From contig JAPETS010000004.1 in assembly GCA_026023565.1 (NCBI GenBank), forward strand, positions 186,001 to 250,000: DNA of 64,000 bases, written 5' to 3'. Position 1 is the stretch's first letter, and each line of letters starts with the position of its first letter. The DNA is from Cirrosporium novae-zelandiae. Lineage: Eukaryota. This document shows positions 50,960-64,000 of the stretch, in pieces. The position numbers were made by a program, and so were the translations under genes. The notes under the pieces are model-generated. The model had not been told where the DNA came from. It made no database searches and saw nothing but the letters and a program-made list of their open reading frames with translations.

Positions 50960-51560
50960 ATGGTCAGATTATGCCCTCAAGATTTCATATTACCATCTTA
51001 CCAATTCCTAGGCACCTGTTCGCAAACGAAAGATAGCAAGGTCACAAGCAGCCAGCGCCAAAGCCTCTTCCGTAGATGAGAAACCCTCAATATTCGGCAA
51101 GTCCATCGACAATACCTTTGGTTCCAACAAGAAGGACAAGCGTATAATCAAGCATTCCACTTTTATATCCCGCATCGAGAAGTCCAATATTAAGAAACGG
51201 CGGCGGCCTTCAAAAAAACTTGTCACCAACTTAGAGTCGCTTGCTGATGCGCTGCCTAAAACCGACGAGGCTGGCAGTCATGATGGAGAGTTGAATACAA
51301 TGATAATAAAACATAAAAGCCTAAAGTCCAGACCCGGCGCTATGAAGAGAAAAGAGAAGCTTGAGAGGATGGAAATGGATCGATTTAAGAAGAATTTGGC
51401 ACAGATGGCTATTGAGGATTCTACAGTGAAAATTGAGCCAACTGCCACTGCAAGTACAGAAACCCAAGGAGCAGAGGCTGCTATGTCAAATCGGTGGGCA
51501 GCGCTTCGAGGGTTTATCTCACAGACAATGGAACAGAAAGAAGAATTTCGCAAAGGATGA
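50960..51560 (+). CDS. SLX9: Ribosome biogenesis protein Slx9/FAM207-like
   Basis: First exon codes only the ATG (intron 50963-51011); KKDKR.IKHS.F.SRIEK..KRRRPSKKLVTNLESLADALP, KSRPGAMKRKEK, RWAALRGFISQTM. Confidence 0.8.
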
Positions 51561-52063
51561 GAGAATATCGAAAAGAATTGGGAGAATGTGTCAGGGATGA
51601 TGATACCAGGCGGGTTAGAAGCATTCTAATGACCCGATTGATATGACATAGTTACATGTATTGAACGACTTGATACTGTAGTAAAACATTTCCTCTTGGC
51701 GTAACCTTAGGGTTGTAATCGATCACGTTCCAAAGCACGAGATGTCTATCTCCCTCGAGCCGGAGATTATTGTATGCCCCCCCCCATGGCCCCCAGCACC
51801 GGCTTAGCCCCCGTGCCCCCTTGGCCCATCAGTCCATCTCATCAATTATCTACTGCATACACTTTCCCACTAGTTAACATGTGAAAAGAAACCCCAATAC
51901 TTTACTTTAGTATCCACCTACTCGTAGTACTTAGGTCCCCGATGACGAAACTGTGTACCCTCGTGGTACTAAGGTAGCACATCAAGCAAGTCCACAAGTC
52001 CAAATTCAACAGAATCTCCTGTTACCGTGCCTGATATTTTAATCTAACGCCAAGATAATTTGC

Positions 52064-53701
52064 ATGACCATCTGGAGCGGCTCAACAATTCGCTCCTGCT
52101 TTCCTACTGTTCTTTGCCGTAGTATTCCCACTTATTCTCCCAAAGTCATAGTCAGGCCGAGGCATCTTTGGACCATCCCATCCCCACATCTGCAAATCGT
52201 CCCACCGCAGTTACGATTACATCGTTTAATAAAACAAAAGAGAAACATTGTTCAGGCCCATTTCTTAAATAACCAGCAACAGCATCCAACTTCGAAGCAT
52301 ACATTCGAACAAGACTCGATCATGGCTACTCTGGGAGCTTATGAAAAACGCCACAAGGTGACGGTGGTGGGGTCAGGAAACTGGTAAATGTGCCCCAAGA
52401 CTTGAATATCTTCGTCCACACTGGAGCCTGTACTAACGCCTTCTCCGAAGGGGCTCTACCATAGGCAAGATGGTCGCCGAGAATACAAAAGCCCACCCAG
52501 AGCTTTTTGAGGAGGAGGTGCAGATGTGGGTGTTTGAGGAGAATGTCACTATACCAACAAACTCGAAGAAATATGATCCTTCCTCTGAGCTTTCGACCAA
52601 ACCACAAAAGCTCACAGAGTTGATCAACGATTTGCATGAGAATGTGAAATATCTGCCAAATATCACCCTACCTCTCAACCTTCATGCAAACCCATCTCTG
52701 GAGGATTCTGTCAAAGACTCTACTATTCTAATCTTCAACATGCCTCACCAGTTTATTGGCGGTGTTTGTAATGAGCTTAAAGGTCATGTGCTTCCATACG
52801 CTCGTGGAATATCATGCATCAAGGGTGTTGATGTGGATGACAATGGTATCAAGCTCTTCTCTGATGTAATCGAGCAAAAGTTGGGAATATACTGCGGTGT
52901 TTTATCTGGTGCCAACATTGCCCCTGAAGTTGCTCTGGAAAAGTACTGCGAAACGACTGTTGCATATGACCCTCCTCTATCTGACTCTCGGACTGCCACA
53001 CCAAAAGGACCTTCTCCAAAGAATTCTGCGCCAGATCTCACAATGACAGATTATGATGCCCCTTCTGCTAAACCTTCTAAGCCAAGTGTGAAGCTTACTC
53101 CTCTTCCTACAGAGTATCCTCCAATTGACCATGCGGTCCTGAAAACTCTCTTTAGACGCCCTTACTTCCATGTTCAGTTAGTATCAGATGTTGCTGGAAC
53201 CTCCCTTTGTGGTGCGTTGAAGAATATTGTTGCCCTTGCATCTGGCTTTGTAGATGGAAGAGGCTGGGGTGACAATGCTAAGGCTGCTGTCATGCGAGTT
53301 GGGCTACTTGAGATGGTCAAATTTGGGAAGACGTTCTTCTCGGAGTCTGTGCACACTGCGACATTTACAGAAAGCAGTTGTGGTGTTGCAGATTTGATTA
53401 CAAGTTGCAATGGAGGTCGAAACCATCGTTGCGCAAAGCTATCGATCGAGAAAGGAATTAGTATTGACGAAGTGGAAGCGCAAGAGCTTAATGGGCAAAA
53501 GCTGCAGGGAACGCTAGCTGCCAAAGACGTATATAGGTTCCTCCACAACCAGGGAATGGAGGACGAATTTCCACTACTTACTGCGGTCTACCGTAAGTCC
53601 GACCTACTCAACTTAATATATAGGGTGGTAACTAAATTGAGACAGGTATCTTGCAAGGGGAAGCCAAAGTAGACGATATTCCGGATATGATTGAGCGATA
53701 G
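52064..53701 (+). CDS. GPD1: NAD-dependent glycerol-3-phosphate dehydrogenase (alternative start 52322)
   Basis: [14 protein letters not shown] across intron 1, [50 protein letters not shown]; two introns. Confidence 0.95.
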
Positions 53702-54582
53702 GGGCAATTTTGCGAATACCGTGACCACTCTAGTTCATTCTCAACAAAGACAGAAGCTCTGAGGTAAGGTCGTAGGACTTGGATGGGTTCTAAGCATTAT
53801 GAAGTCTCTAGCGAGCTTCTGGAGGCTTTATGCAGCCGTGTATGGTCTAGGATTCCTTTGGCAGGTGACATGATTTATTCTAACAATAAAACACCGACCT
53901 CATTAAGAAGTTTGGCTGATATTTCTATCAAATTCCATACTTAATTAGAAAATAATGAGTGAGAGGAATTATCTAAAGAAACGATGCGTAGTTACTTTAT
54001 TGAGAGTTTCTGCTAATAACATATACTTTACCACAGTATGACGAGGAAAATCACAACTGTCAAGCTATACTACTTCACGGCTACCATGACGTGCACAATT
54101 ACAGCTACGGTGTAAATTATCTAGACTAATTGACGTTTCAGCGATAAATCATCCCTAGTATGGAGAGGCTGTAAAATGAAGACAAGTGTACCTACCTAGG
54201 TAGGTAGCTAGGAACCGTCGTGCCTAAAATCATCGCCTTGGTTGGAAGCCAAGTAGCTTCAACAGCAACGTCAGAGGCAACTACCTTGATACCTTGATAG
54301 CTCCTTCAGTATTCCCCCCCCGCCCCCCACCATAACTATTCATCTTTCTTCTCATCCTTTTCTAAACGTAAACATCCTTCTTACAATCAACTCTAGTCTT
54401 TTATTCATTCATTAACCTATAGCCCTTTGCCGATACATTTAATTCTATACTAGAAGCTACGAGTCTTACGAAATTCATCTTTACGCACTTATTCCCCCGG
54501 CTTTCAACTGTTGTACTGTACATTGTACATTGTTCTGACACTCCACCGTGTACACGGCATGAGCTTCAATTGTTACAGTAAA

Positions 54583-57500
54583 ATGAGTTCTCAAAGCGTT
54601 CAAGCATCTGAAAAGGTCTTCCTTCTCCCTCTTAAGGACAACGGCACTCCAGACCTTCCAAGCGATTATGTTTACCTACCTCCACCCACGAATCCTCCCT
54701 ATAAGATTCGCTTTGCTATTGAAGGTACCAGCTCGATATGTCGGCAAGGCACCTTGCGTTGCAACATACCAGCGGTTGGAGAAGAGTTCGTAAGAACCAA
54801 TTATAAAGAATATAAACTTGTACCAGACTTCAATCGTGTCATCAATGTTGACATCGCTGTCCCTATAGCTGGTGCTTTCTCTTACGAGATTGTCTATCAT
54901 CCTTTGCCTAAATTCTCCTCTTCATCAGTGCCTACCCCGCAACCGACCAGAACACCTGTTCAATACATTGATGTTCAACCCAGTCTCACTCTTGGAAAAA
55001 CTCCTCTTCCTCTTGATGCATTATCATGTTTTTCAGTCATCTCCAAGTTTCTGGGCGAGTATCCTCAGGATTGGAGCAAGCATTTACTTGGAATCAGCGC
55101 ACGCGGATACAACATGGTTCATTTCACGCCTCTCATGCAACGTGGTGCCTCGAATTCACCTTATAGCATATACGACCAGTTAGAGTTTGATCGGACGATG
55201 TTCCCGAATGGTGAAGAAGATGTCGCTCATATGGTCTCGGAGATGGAGGAGGAATATGAACTCCTCGGAATGACTGATGTCGTCTGGAATCACACTGCAG
55301 ATAATAGCAAATGGCTAGAAGATCATCCAGAAGCTGGTTACAATGTTGAAACGGCGCCTTGGCTCGAATCTGCATTAGATCTCGATACTGCCCTTCTCGA
55401 GTACAGCGAGAAACTGGAGAAGCTAGGCCTTCCAACCGATTTTCAAGCAGTTGATGACCTTCTCAGGGTCATGGAGGACATGAAGCAACATGTGATCTGC
55501 AAAATTAAGCTTTGGGAATTTTATGTTATCGATGTACCAAAGACTGCCAAATTAATCACAGAAGCCTGGGAGAATGGAAAGGCAAGGTTTCCTGAAAGAG
55601 GCGTCGGTGGTGCAGGGGTGACAGCTCTCAAAGACGCCCCATTAAAGCAGAAAGCAGAATTTCTAGCGGATAATGGGATGATCAATGCTGGCAAGATATT
55701 AGGAAGATTCGGACGATCGATTGACTCGGAAATTGGGGCAGCATTGCTGACAGTGATGTATGGAAGATACAACCCTGATGCATCAAGCGGCCCAAGGCCT
55801 TCAGCTGTTCACAGCAGTATTGTCAAGATCTTAGACGAATGTAATCTGATACACTACCGAGAATACGACTCAGAAGTATCAGTTGCCATGGATCAGCTTT
55901 TTAATCGCATCAAGTATCTTCGAATCGATGACCATGGCCCAAAGTTAGGTCCAGTCACCAAAGAGAATCCTCTCATAGAACCTTACTTCACCAGGTTGCC
56001 TCACAATGAAACAACTAAGAAACACAACTCTAAATCCTTAGCTTTGGTTAACAATGGCTGGGTTTGGGCAGCAGATGCAATGAGGGACAATGCCGGACCT
56101 GATTCTCGAGCTTACCTGCGTAGAGAGGTGATAGTCTGGGGCGATTGCGTGAAGCTGAGATATGGTAACTGCCCTGACGATAACCCTTACCTTTGGGACC
56201 GCATGGCCAAATATACCAGATTAATGGCAAAGCATTTCAATGGGTTTCGAATTGATAATTGCCATTCTACCCCTATTCATCTCGCCGAATATATGCTAGA
56301 CCAAGCAAGGAAAGTTCGGCCAAACCTCTGCGTTTTCGCGGAACTTTTTAGCGGCTCTGAGGAGATGGACTACAAATTTGTCAAGAGACTGAGCTTGAGT
56401 GCTTTGATCAGGGAAGCTATGCAGGCTTGGAGCACCCAGGAATTGAGTCGGCTTGTTCATCGGCATGGTGGTCGGCCAATTGGTAGCTTCGAACTTGATG
56501 TTCCATCCAGCGATAATAAATCATCTACAGTTGCTAATGGGGCTAGCGATGTCCCTGGTCCAAAGGAATTTATCCATCACATCAGAACCAGTCCACTTCA
56601 TGCTCTCTTTATGGATTGTACCCATGATAACGAGACCCCTGCTCAGAAGCGTGATGCAAGGGATACTCTACCAAATGCTGCTTTGGTAAGTATGTGTGCC
56701 TCGGCGATAGGTAGCGTCATGGGCTATGATGAAATCTATCCAAAGTTGATTGATCTTGTCGGTGAGAAACGCATGTATTCCTCTCCATATTCTGAAAAAG
56801 GAGTACAAACTACGGCAGGAGAAGGGGGCATCGGAGGTGTCAAAAAACTTCTAAACTCTATTCACACATTAATGGGAAAGGATGGCTACGATGAGACTCA
56901 TATTCATCACGAAGGAGAATATATAACTGTTCACAGAGTCCATCCAAATTCTAGGAAGGGCTTTTTCTTAATCGCACATACCGCATTTCCGGGATACGGG
57001 AATGGCAACGGTGTCTTGAGCCCCGTTCATTTGACAGGCACCAAAGCAAAATCTCTTGGTAGCTGGATGCTCGAAGTAGATACAAGCGCTACAGCCTCTA
57101 TTCTTGGTGACAAGGATGTTATCAGGGGACTGCCCAGTCAAGTAATCGACCTACAAAATGACAATATCGAGACTAAGGGTAATGACACCATGATCTCCAT
57201 ACCGGAAAGATTTCCCCCTGGGAGTATCGCCTTGTTTGAGACATGGATCCCAAGTGCTGAGCATGAAGATGGTTTAAGCAAATTTATCACATCTGGTGCC
57301 AAGGAGGCAGTATCAGATTTAGACTTGATTGATCTCAATACTTTTATGTATCGGAGCGAACCAGAGGAGAGAGATGCTAGCGGTGGTCGGGATGGAGTTT
57401 ACAACATACCAAACCATGGAGCTTTGGTGTACGCTGGTTTGCAAGGCTGGTGGAGTGTACTGAAGAACATTGTCAAGTACAACGATCTTGGCCATCCACT

Positions 57501-59226
57501 ATGCAACCATCTCAGAGAAGGTCAATGGGTGCTTGACTATATCGTCGCACGCCTCGAAAGAGCAGTAAAGGATGATGGCTATGAACGTCTAGAGAAGCCC
57601 GTTATTTGGCTACGCCAACGTTTCGATGCCGTCAGAAGTCTCCCAAGTTTCCTACTTCCAAGATGTTTTGCAATCATCGTCCAAACAATATTCGATGCCG
57701 CTTGGCATCAAGGAATATCTTGTATGAATGAAAACGTACAAAAGGGCCAAGACTTTTTCCAGCGGTTGGCTATGGTTAGTGTGCAGGAGACCGGTTATAT
57801 GAGGAACACCTCCCTATACCCAACAAAACAAGTCCCTTCATTGGCTGCAGGGCTTCCTCATTTTGCATCTGACTGGGCACGTTGTTGGGGTAGGGATGTC
57901 TTCATTTCACTGAGAGGACTCTACCTTGGAACAGGGCGATTCGATGATGCTAAAGAGCACATTAAGGCCTTTGCCACTGTTTTGAAGCACGGTATGATAC
58001 CCAATCTGCTCGGGAGTGGTAAAGAACCTAGGTTCAATTCTAGGGATTCCCCATGGTTCTTCCTGCAGAACATTCAAGATTATACCAAGATAGCCCCCAA
58101 TGGCATTAAGATTTTGCAAGAGAAGGTTTCCAGACGATTCTTGCCATATGATGACACTTGGTTCCCGGTTGATGACCCTCAAGCTTATTCACATACTTCT
58201 ACAATTGAGGATATCGTTCAAGAAGTTCTACAGAGGCACGCATCTGGTCTCCATTTCAGAGAAGCAAATGCCGGGCCGGGACTTGACTCACAAATGAAAG
58301 CAGAAGGATTTAACATAGATGTAGAACCTGATTGGGACACCGGCATAATCTTCGGTGGAAATCAGTGGAACTGTGGCACTTGGATGGACAAGATGGGCGA
58401 GAGCGAAAAAGCTGGTAGCAAGGGCTTTCCAGGAACTCCGAGGGACGGTGCTGCTGTTGAAATTACTGGCATGGTGTATAGCGCATGCGCGTGGGTTGCT
58501 AGCCTTAACGACAAAGGACAATACAAATACTCGGGGGTCGAGACTAATAAGAATGGATTTATATCCTTCACAGATTGGGCAAAGAAGATTAAGGCAAACT
58601 TCGAACGATGCTACTGGATACCTATCAAGCCATCGGAAGATCAGGACTACGACGTCAATAGCAGAATCATCAACCGTCGGGGTATCTATAAGGACCTATA
58701 CAAGTCTGGAAAGGAATACGAAGACTATCAGCTCCGCCCAAACTTCTCTGTGGCTATGTGTGTGGCGCCAGATTTGTTCACCCCCGAGCACGCTCTTCAT
58801 GCATTGGAAATGGCGGACTCAATACTCCGTGGGCCTACAGGAATGGCAACACTAGATCCGAAGGATCTCAATTACCGGCCATATTACATCAACTCTGAAG
58901 ATTCTACAGACTTTGCAACTTCGAAGGGACGAAATTATCACCAAGGACCAGAATGGCTGTGGCCTACTGGGTTCTTCCTGCGGGCTTTGCTCAAGTTTGA
59001 TCTTATGAGGCGAAAGACTAAAGAGGAGAGGACGGAAAGCTTCCAGCAAGTGACGAGGAGATTAGAGGGATGCAAGAAGATGATCAAGGACACTCCATGG
59101 GCGGGCTTGACCGAACTGACGAATAAAGACGGCTCATTCTGTGACGACTCATGCCCGACGCAATCTTGGTCTGCTAGTTGCCTTGTAGACCTTTTCTACG
59201 ATGCTGGAGAGTTGTCAATTGAGTAG
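54583..59226 (+). CDS. GDB1: Glycogen debranching enzyme
   Basis: Intronless; GYNMVHFTPL, DVVWNHTA, FRIDNCHSTP, MDCTHDNE, LAAGLPHF, RCWGRD, TWMDKMG, NYHQGPEW. Confidence 0.97.
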   Translation: MSSQSVQASEKVFLLPLKDNGTPDLPSDYVYLPPPTNPPYKIRFAIEGTSSICRQGTLRCNIPAVGEEFVRTNYKEYKLVPDFNRVINVDIAVPIAGAFSYEIVYHPLPKFSSSSVPTPQPTRTPVQYIDVQPSLTLGKTPLPLDALSCFSVISKFLGEYPQDWSKHLLGISARGYNMVHFTPLMQRGASNSPYSIYDQLEFDRTMFPNGEEDVAHMVSEMEEEYELLGMTDVVWNHTADNSKWLEDHPEAGYNVETAPWLESALDLDTALLEYSEKLEKLGLPTDFQAVDDLLRVMEDMKQHVICKIKLWEFYVIDVPKTAKLITEAWENGKARFPERGVGGAGVTALKDAPLKQKAEFLADNGMINAGKILGRFGRSIDSEIGAALLTVMYGRYNPDASSGPRPSAVHSSIVKILDECNLIHYREYDSEVSVAMDQLFNRIKYLRIDDHGPKLGPVTKENPLIEPYFTRLPHNETTKKHNSKSLALVNNGWVWAADAMRDNAGPDSRAYLRREVIVWGDCVKLRYGNCPDDNPYLWDRMAKYTRLMAKHFNGFRIDNCHSTPIHLAEYMLDQARKVRPNLCVFAELFSGSEEMDYKFVKRLSLSALIREAMQAWSTQELSRLVHRHGGRPIGSFELDVPSSDNKSSTVANGASDVPGPKEFIHHIRTSPLHALFMDCTHDNETPAQKRDARDTLPNAALVSMCASAIGSVMGYDEIYPKLIDLVGEKRMYSSPYSEKGVQTTAGEGGIGGVKKLLNSIHTLMGKDGYDETHIHHEGEYITVHRVHPNSRKGFFLIAHTAFPGYGNGNGVLSPVHLTGTKAKSLGSWMLEVDTSATASILGDKDVIRGLPSQVIDLQNDNIETKGNDTMISIPERFPPGSIALFETWIPSAEHEDGLSKFITSGAKEAVSDLDLIDLNTFMYRSEPEERDASGGRDGVYNIPNHGALVYAGLQGWWSVLKNIVKYNDLGHPLCNHLREGQWVLDYIVARLERAVKDDGYERLEKPVIWLRQRFDAVRSLPSFLLPRCFAIIVQTIFDAAWHQGISCMNENVQKGQDFFQRLAMVSVQETGYMRNTSLYPTKQVPSLAAGLPHFASDWARCWGRDVFISLRGLYLGTGRFDDAKEHIKAFATVLKHGMIPNLLGSGKEPRFNSRDSPWFFLQNIQDYTKIAPNGIKILQEKVSRRFLPYDDTWFPVDDPQAYSHTSTIEDIVQEVLQRHASGLHFREANAGPGLDSQMKAEGFNIDVEPDWDTGIIFGGNQWNCGTWMDKMGESEKAGSKGFPGTPRDGAAVEITGMVYSACAWVASLNDKGQYKYSGVETNKNGFISFTDWAKKIKANFERCYWIPIKPSEDQDYDVNSRIINRRGIYKDLYKSGKEYEDYQLRPNFSVAMCVAPDLFTPEHALHALEMADSILRGPTGMATLDPKDLNYRPYYINSEDSTDFATSKGRNYHQGPEWLWPTGFFLRALLKFDLMRRKTKEERTESFQQVTRRLEGCKKMIKDTPWAGLTELTNKDGSFCDDSCPTQSWSASCLVDLFYDAGELSIE

Positions 59227-59701
59227 AAGGGAAGGCCGAGGGAGTTTTGGCTCCTCCACCATGTAGATATGGAAAAGCGTGATTGATAAACAAAATTATG
59301 ACTAGGATCATTCTTATGGGTAGCTAGTAGACGGAATAGCTAGAGATTTGTGATAGAAGATTTTATGAATAAAGACAAAATTGATATCTGCATTTGTAAT
59401 TCACCATGGTTGATTTGCGCAGGATATATAGTCTAGATGACACAGGAACCAAAAGAGGCAGTAAAGGCTAAGCCGATATCAATTTAGCTGGGCCGTCAAT
59501 CAACTCATTCAAGTGTCCCGGCCAGGGTGCGTCATACTCGCTAATTGCATGCGACTAATAAATAGATTTTCAGAAGCTTCCAATATCCGCCGCAGGTACA
59601 ACACCACCTTTATCACCACCTTGACTTGGTACATGAGAAAAATATATATACATCCCAATTTTTACAATTCATCACTATCACCATCATTCTGGTTTGTAAA
59701 A

Positions 59702-61063
<1,362 letters not shown>

Positions 61064-61707
61064 GTTATGTCATCTGGTACATTGTTGTTGCTGTTGCATA
61101 GATGGCTTAGGTTGCTTTTGTTTTTTCAGGTTTCATGAAGGATGGAAAAAAGAAGCACAAAAAAGAGATGCATGAAAAAGCGAAATGATCAAAACAAAAA
61201 ACGAAACCAAAAAACGAACAATATGAAATAGGGGAAAACGAAAGTTATAAAATTCAAAAAAGATTAGTTTGAGACTTGATGATATGGATATGATACATAT
61301 GTTATGATACCAACTAGGGAAGTGAGCTGGGGAGGAGAAAAGGGGTTCATAAGGTCCTCTCTTCTCTTCTCTTCTCTTCTCTCTATAAAAATCCCTATTC
61401 ATCATGTTGACTCACGAAAACACAAAGGATATTTTCAAAGTGCCTACAAATGTACATAGTTATTGAACAAAAATTTCTTAACTCTTTCAACACTCTTACC
61501 CATAACGTATAATAGATTTATAAATAGCCACAAGAAACATTTTCACTATCCTTGGCACTTTTGTCTATAGGCCCATGGCCTCCTCCCAACACATCCCTAT
61601 CGTAAAAAAATCTCCTCACGAATACCCAAAATGCCCCGTACGTAAATCTCTTTCTATTCTTCTCATTTATTCATTTATTCATCCATCCCATCTCACCTCA
61701 TCTCATC

Positions 61708-63421
61708 TCAATTCAACCCATCCGTTCTAGAATTCGCAATCTCCAAGACCAAAACATCCGTTGCCCCTACCTCCGTCAGTTCGTCCATGACCCCTGCGAT
61801 CTTGACCTTCTCCACCATGGAGCTCACGGCCACCCAGTCTTGTTCTTCTAGGGCGGTGATGGTGGGGGCGCGCTTTCCTGGTGTGATTTTCGTGGCTCTG
61901 GGGAGGAGGGAACGAGGGACGTTGTATTGGCAGAGGACGTAGCGTTGGGCCGCTGTGAGATTTAGGTTAGCGGATTTGTTTCGAGAGAGAAGAGAGTGAA
62001 GATGTGAGGGAAGATGAGAGAGACTAGGGGATGTGTGATAAGGGGTCTTATGAAGAATGTCTCAAGAATTTTTTTTTCTCTTCCTTCAGGCGCAATCACA
62101 GCTTTCTACACATCATGGATGTATTTTCGAGGTCCCTCGAGCATCTCGTTTAGATTTTGAGGTCCCATTAACACCCTTAATCCCTATGGGGCTATACAAG
62201 AAGGGGAGGGGGAATGAAATAAAAATGTACCAATAACACCGCGAATCCGGTTAGCTATCAGATCAACAAGTTTGGGATTCGAAGGGCTTTTAGAGCGGAT
62301 CAGAACGGCGGTGGATTCGAGGACCGTGGCGATGGCTTTCAGGCCTGCGGCTTTCATGGTTTCCCCGGATTCTAGAATATGGAAGATAAATCTTAGCCTA
62401 TAAGACCCGTTTAGATTTGGTGGAGTAGAAGGAGGAGAAGAAGACGAAGAAGAAGAAGAAGCTAGGGATTATTTGAGAAGAGTGATTAGATCACCATGAA
62501 TGCGCAGTACTCCACAACCCCGCACCGGCAGCGATCCCATCTTCAAGCAAAACAAGCAGTATTATTATGTTGCAGCTTCAAGTGTTCTGCCGTTCGGCAT
62601 GAATAAAGGAGAACTCTAGGTAGAGCATAGAGAGCAAAAAATGAATGAAATGTAATGTAGAAGGTGTACAAACCCACAAGGTCCACAATTCCATCAGCCA
62701 CACCCAGCGCACAAGCAGCCTCGACACTTCCGCCGACATATTTTATCCTCGTTTTTGACTTATCCTGTGCGCCCTCTAAACCCGTGAAATATTTCTCCGT
62801 CAAACCTGTGAAACTAGTGACGATATTTCTCCCAACCAATTCCCCCGCTGTCTTACAATCTCCCTTCTCAGGGACCTGGACCTGCAGCTTGCATTTTCCA
62901 AACCCTAAATCCAGTATTTCTTCGACACCAGTGGTAGGGGTAGAAGGAGAGAGTGTTTCATGTTCAGCAATGACATCACGGCCTGTGATTCCAAGGTCGA
63001 CACGACCTTCACCGACAAAAGTGGGGATATCAGCGGCGGGGAGGAAAACGAGAGCGAGGTCAAGATTCTTGACTAAAGCGATGTCAAGACGTGTCTGGCG
63101 GCGGAATTGAATATCGGAGCCAGAAAGAAGATCCAATGTTGGTTGTTGGAGACGACCCTCTACTTATAGTCAGTGACATGGTATGATATGGATTCTTGGC
63201 TTTCGATTTTTTTCGTTTCTAGAAGCGGGGGCGGGGCAAAAAGCGAAGCTGGACGTAGGGAGTGGAGACTCACTTTTTGGCACGGCAAAGAGGAGGCGGC
63301 CTTCTAGGCTTGGGAGGAGGGTCAGCTTTGCTGTCGAGGTCAAGGATAGTTGGTCAATTGGTTGTGTTGGATCAAAACTTGGTTGATTACTGGTTCTGAC
63401 TCACTGGTTCACAAGATCCAT
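61708..63421 (-). CDS. HIS1: ATP phosphoribosyltransferase
   Basis: MDLVN.LEGRLLFAVPK.GRL, FLPAADIP.FVGEG..DLGITG.D, GGSVEAACALGVADGIVDLVESGETM, ITPGKRAPT; several introns. Confidence 0.96.
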
Positions 63422-63635
63422 AGCTCAATTCAATAATATTGTCGACGTTAACGACTAGTATGACAGAAGATAAGAGAGGTTAAATGTGGCGCTGGTATTG
63501 TGGTGTCTAGATGACTACTATGTACTGTCAAGAATAAAGGAATGGAAGTATGAAAGGCAAATACTTGTAGTTAGTGAGGTAGTTGGAGAGCAGTTTCCTG
63601 AGACCATTTTAAAGGTCATGGCTCCGAATCGGAGT

Positions 63636-63642
63636 TGAGTCA
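63636..63642. promoter_or_regulatory. Gcn4/CpcA binding site upstream of HIS1
   Basis: Perfect TGAGTCA about 215 nt upstream of the HIS1 ATG; histidine genes are classic cross-pathway-control targets. Confidence 0.5.
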
Positions 63643-64000
63643 CCGTTGTTGCAAGAACCTTCATTTGAATGGCCAACCCTGCCCTATCCTATCCCTTGAT
63701 CAAGTAGACTAGGCTAGCAGATGAGCGACCTACATTACCATAATAAAATATCTATCGGTATTATTACGCCTAATAAGTCTTCTACCCACGATCATATCCA
63801 GGCGCATCAAGGAAACATCACCTTCAACGTAAAAGCTCCTTCAGACCTCTCTTCCTTGACTGCCTCCCGTCATGCCACATTCCTTGCCTGCTCAAGTCAT
63901 CTTTCGTACCGTACCCAGACATTGCAACGAAAAAAAAAGAGAAAGTCCCCAACCCTCGGCCTAACCCATCTTACTGCCAAAGATAATAAAGCGTCTCTGT

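Noticed and set aside
53593..53767. Cryptic peroxisomal PTS1 on GPD via readthrough or intron retention
   Set aside because: The extensions end in ALR* and KPK*, not SKL-like signals
63941..63950. GAAAGTCCCC resembling the RNase MRP conserved region I
   Set aside because: Follows an oligo-A run at the window edge; no partner strand or other MRP element visible

Overview
Eukaryotic, intron-containing DNA from a filamentous ascomycete (Pezizomycotina; short GT-AG introns with CTRAC branch sites). Most of the window is housekeeping genes: FYV4, ERD1, gamma-glutamyltranspeptidase, pyruvate carboxylase, an AVT3/4-type transporter, VHC1, PAM17, a chromodomain protein, UBA4, SLX9, GPD, GDB1, DAHP synthase and HIS1. 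It also has a tRNA-Val(AAC) and an intronic C/D snoRNA (snR71-like). An accessory island of about 10 kb follows the tRNA, with an acyl-CoA ligase pseudogene, two related MITEs (one interrupted by a solo LTR), an alpha/beta hydrolase, an MFS permease and orphan or decayed ORFs. The most striking observation is an MBD4-like HhH-GPD DNA glycosylase locus split into two ORFs in 0/-1 frames. Their 28-nt overlap contains a correctly phased X_XXY_YYZ slippery heptamer (G_GGU_UUC) followed by a stem-loop, so this is a candidate programmed -1 ribosomal frameshift in a nuclear fungal gene. All calls were made by eye; no database searches or folding programs were run.
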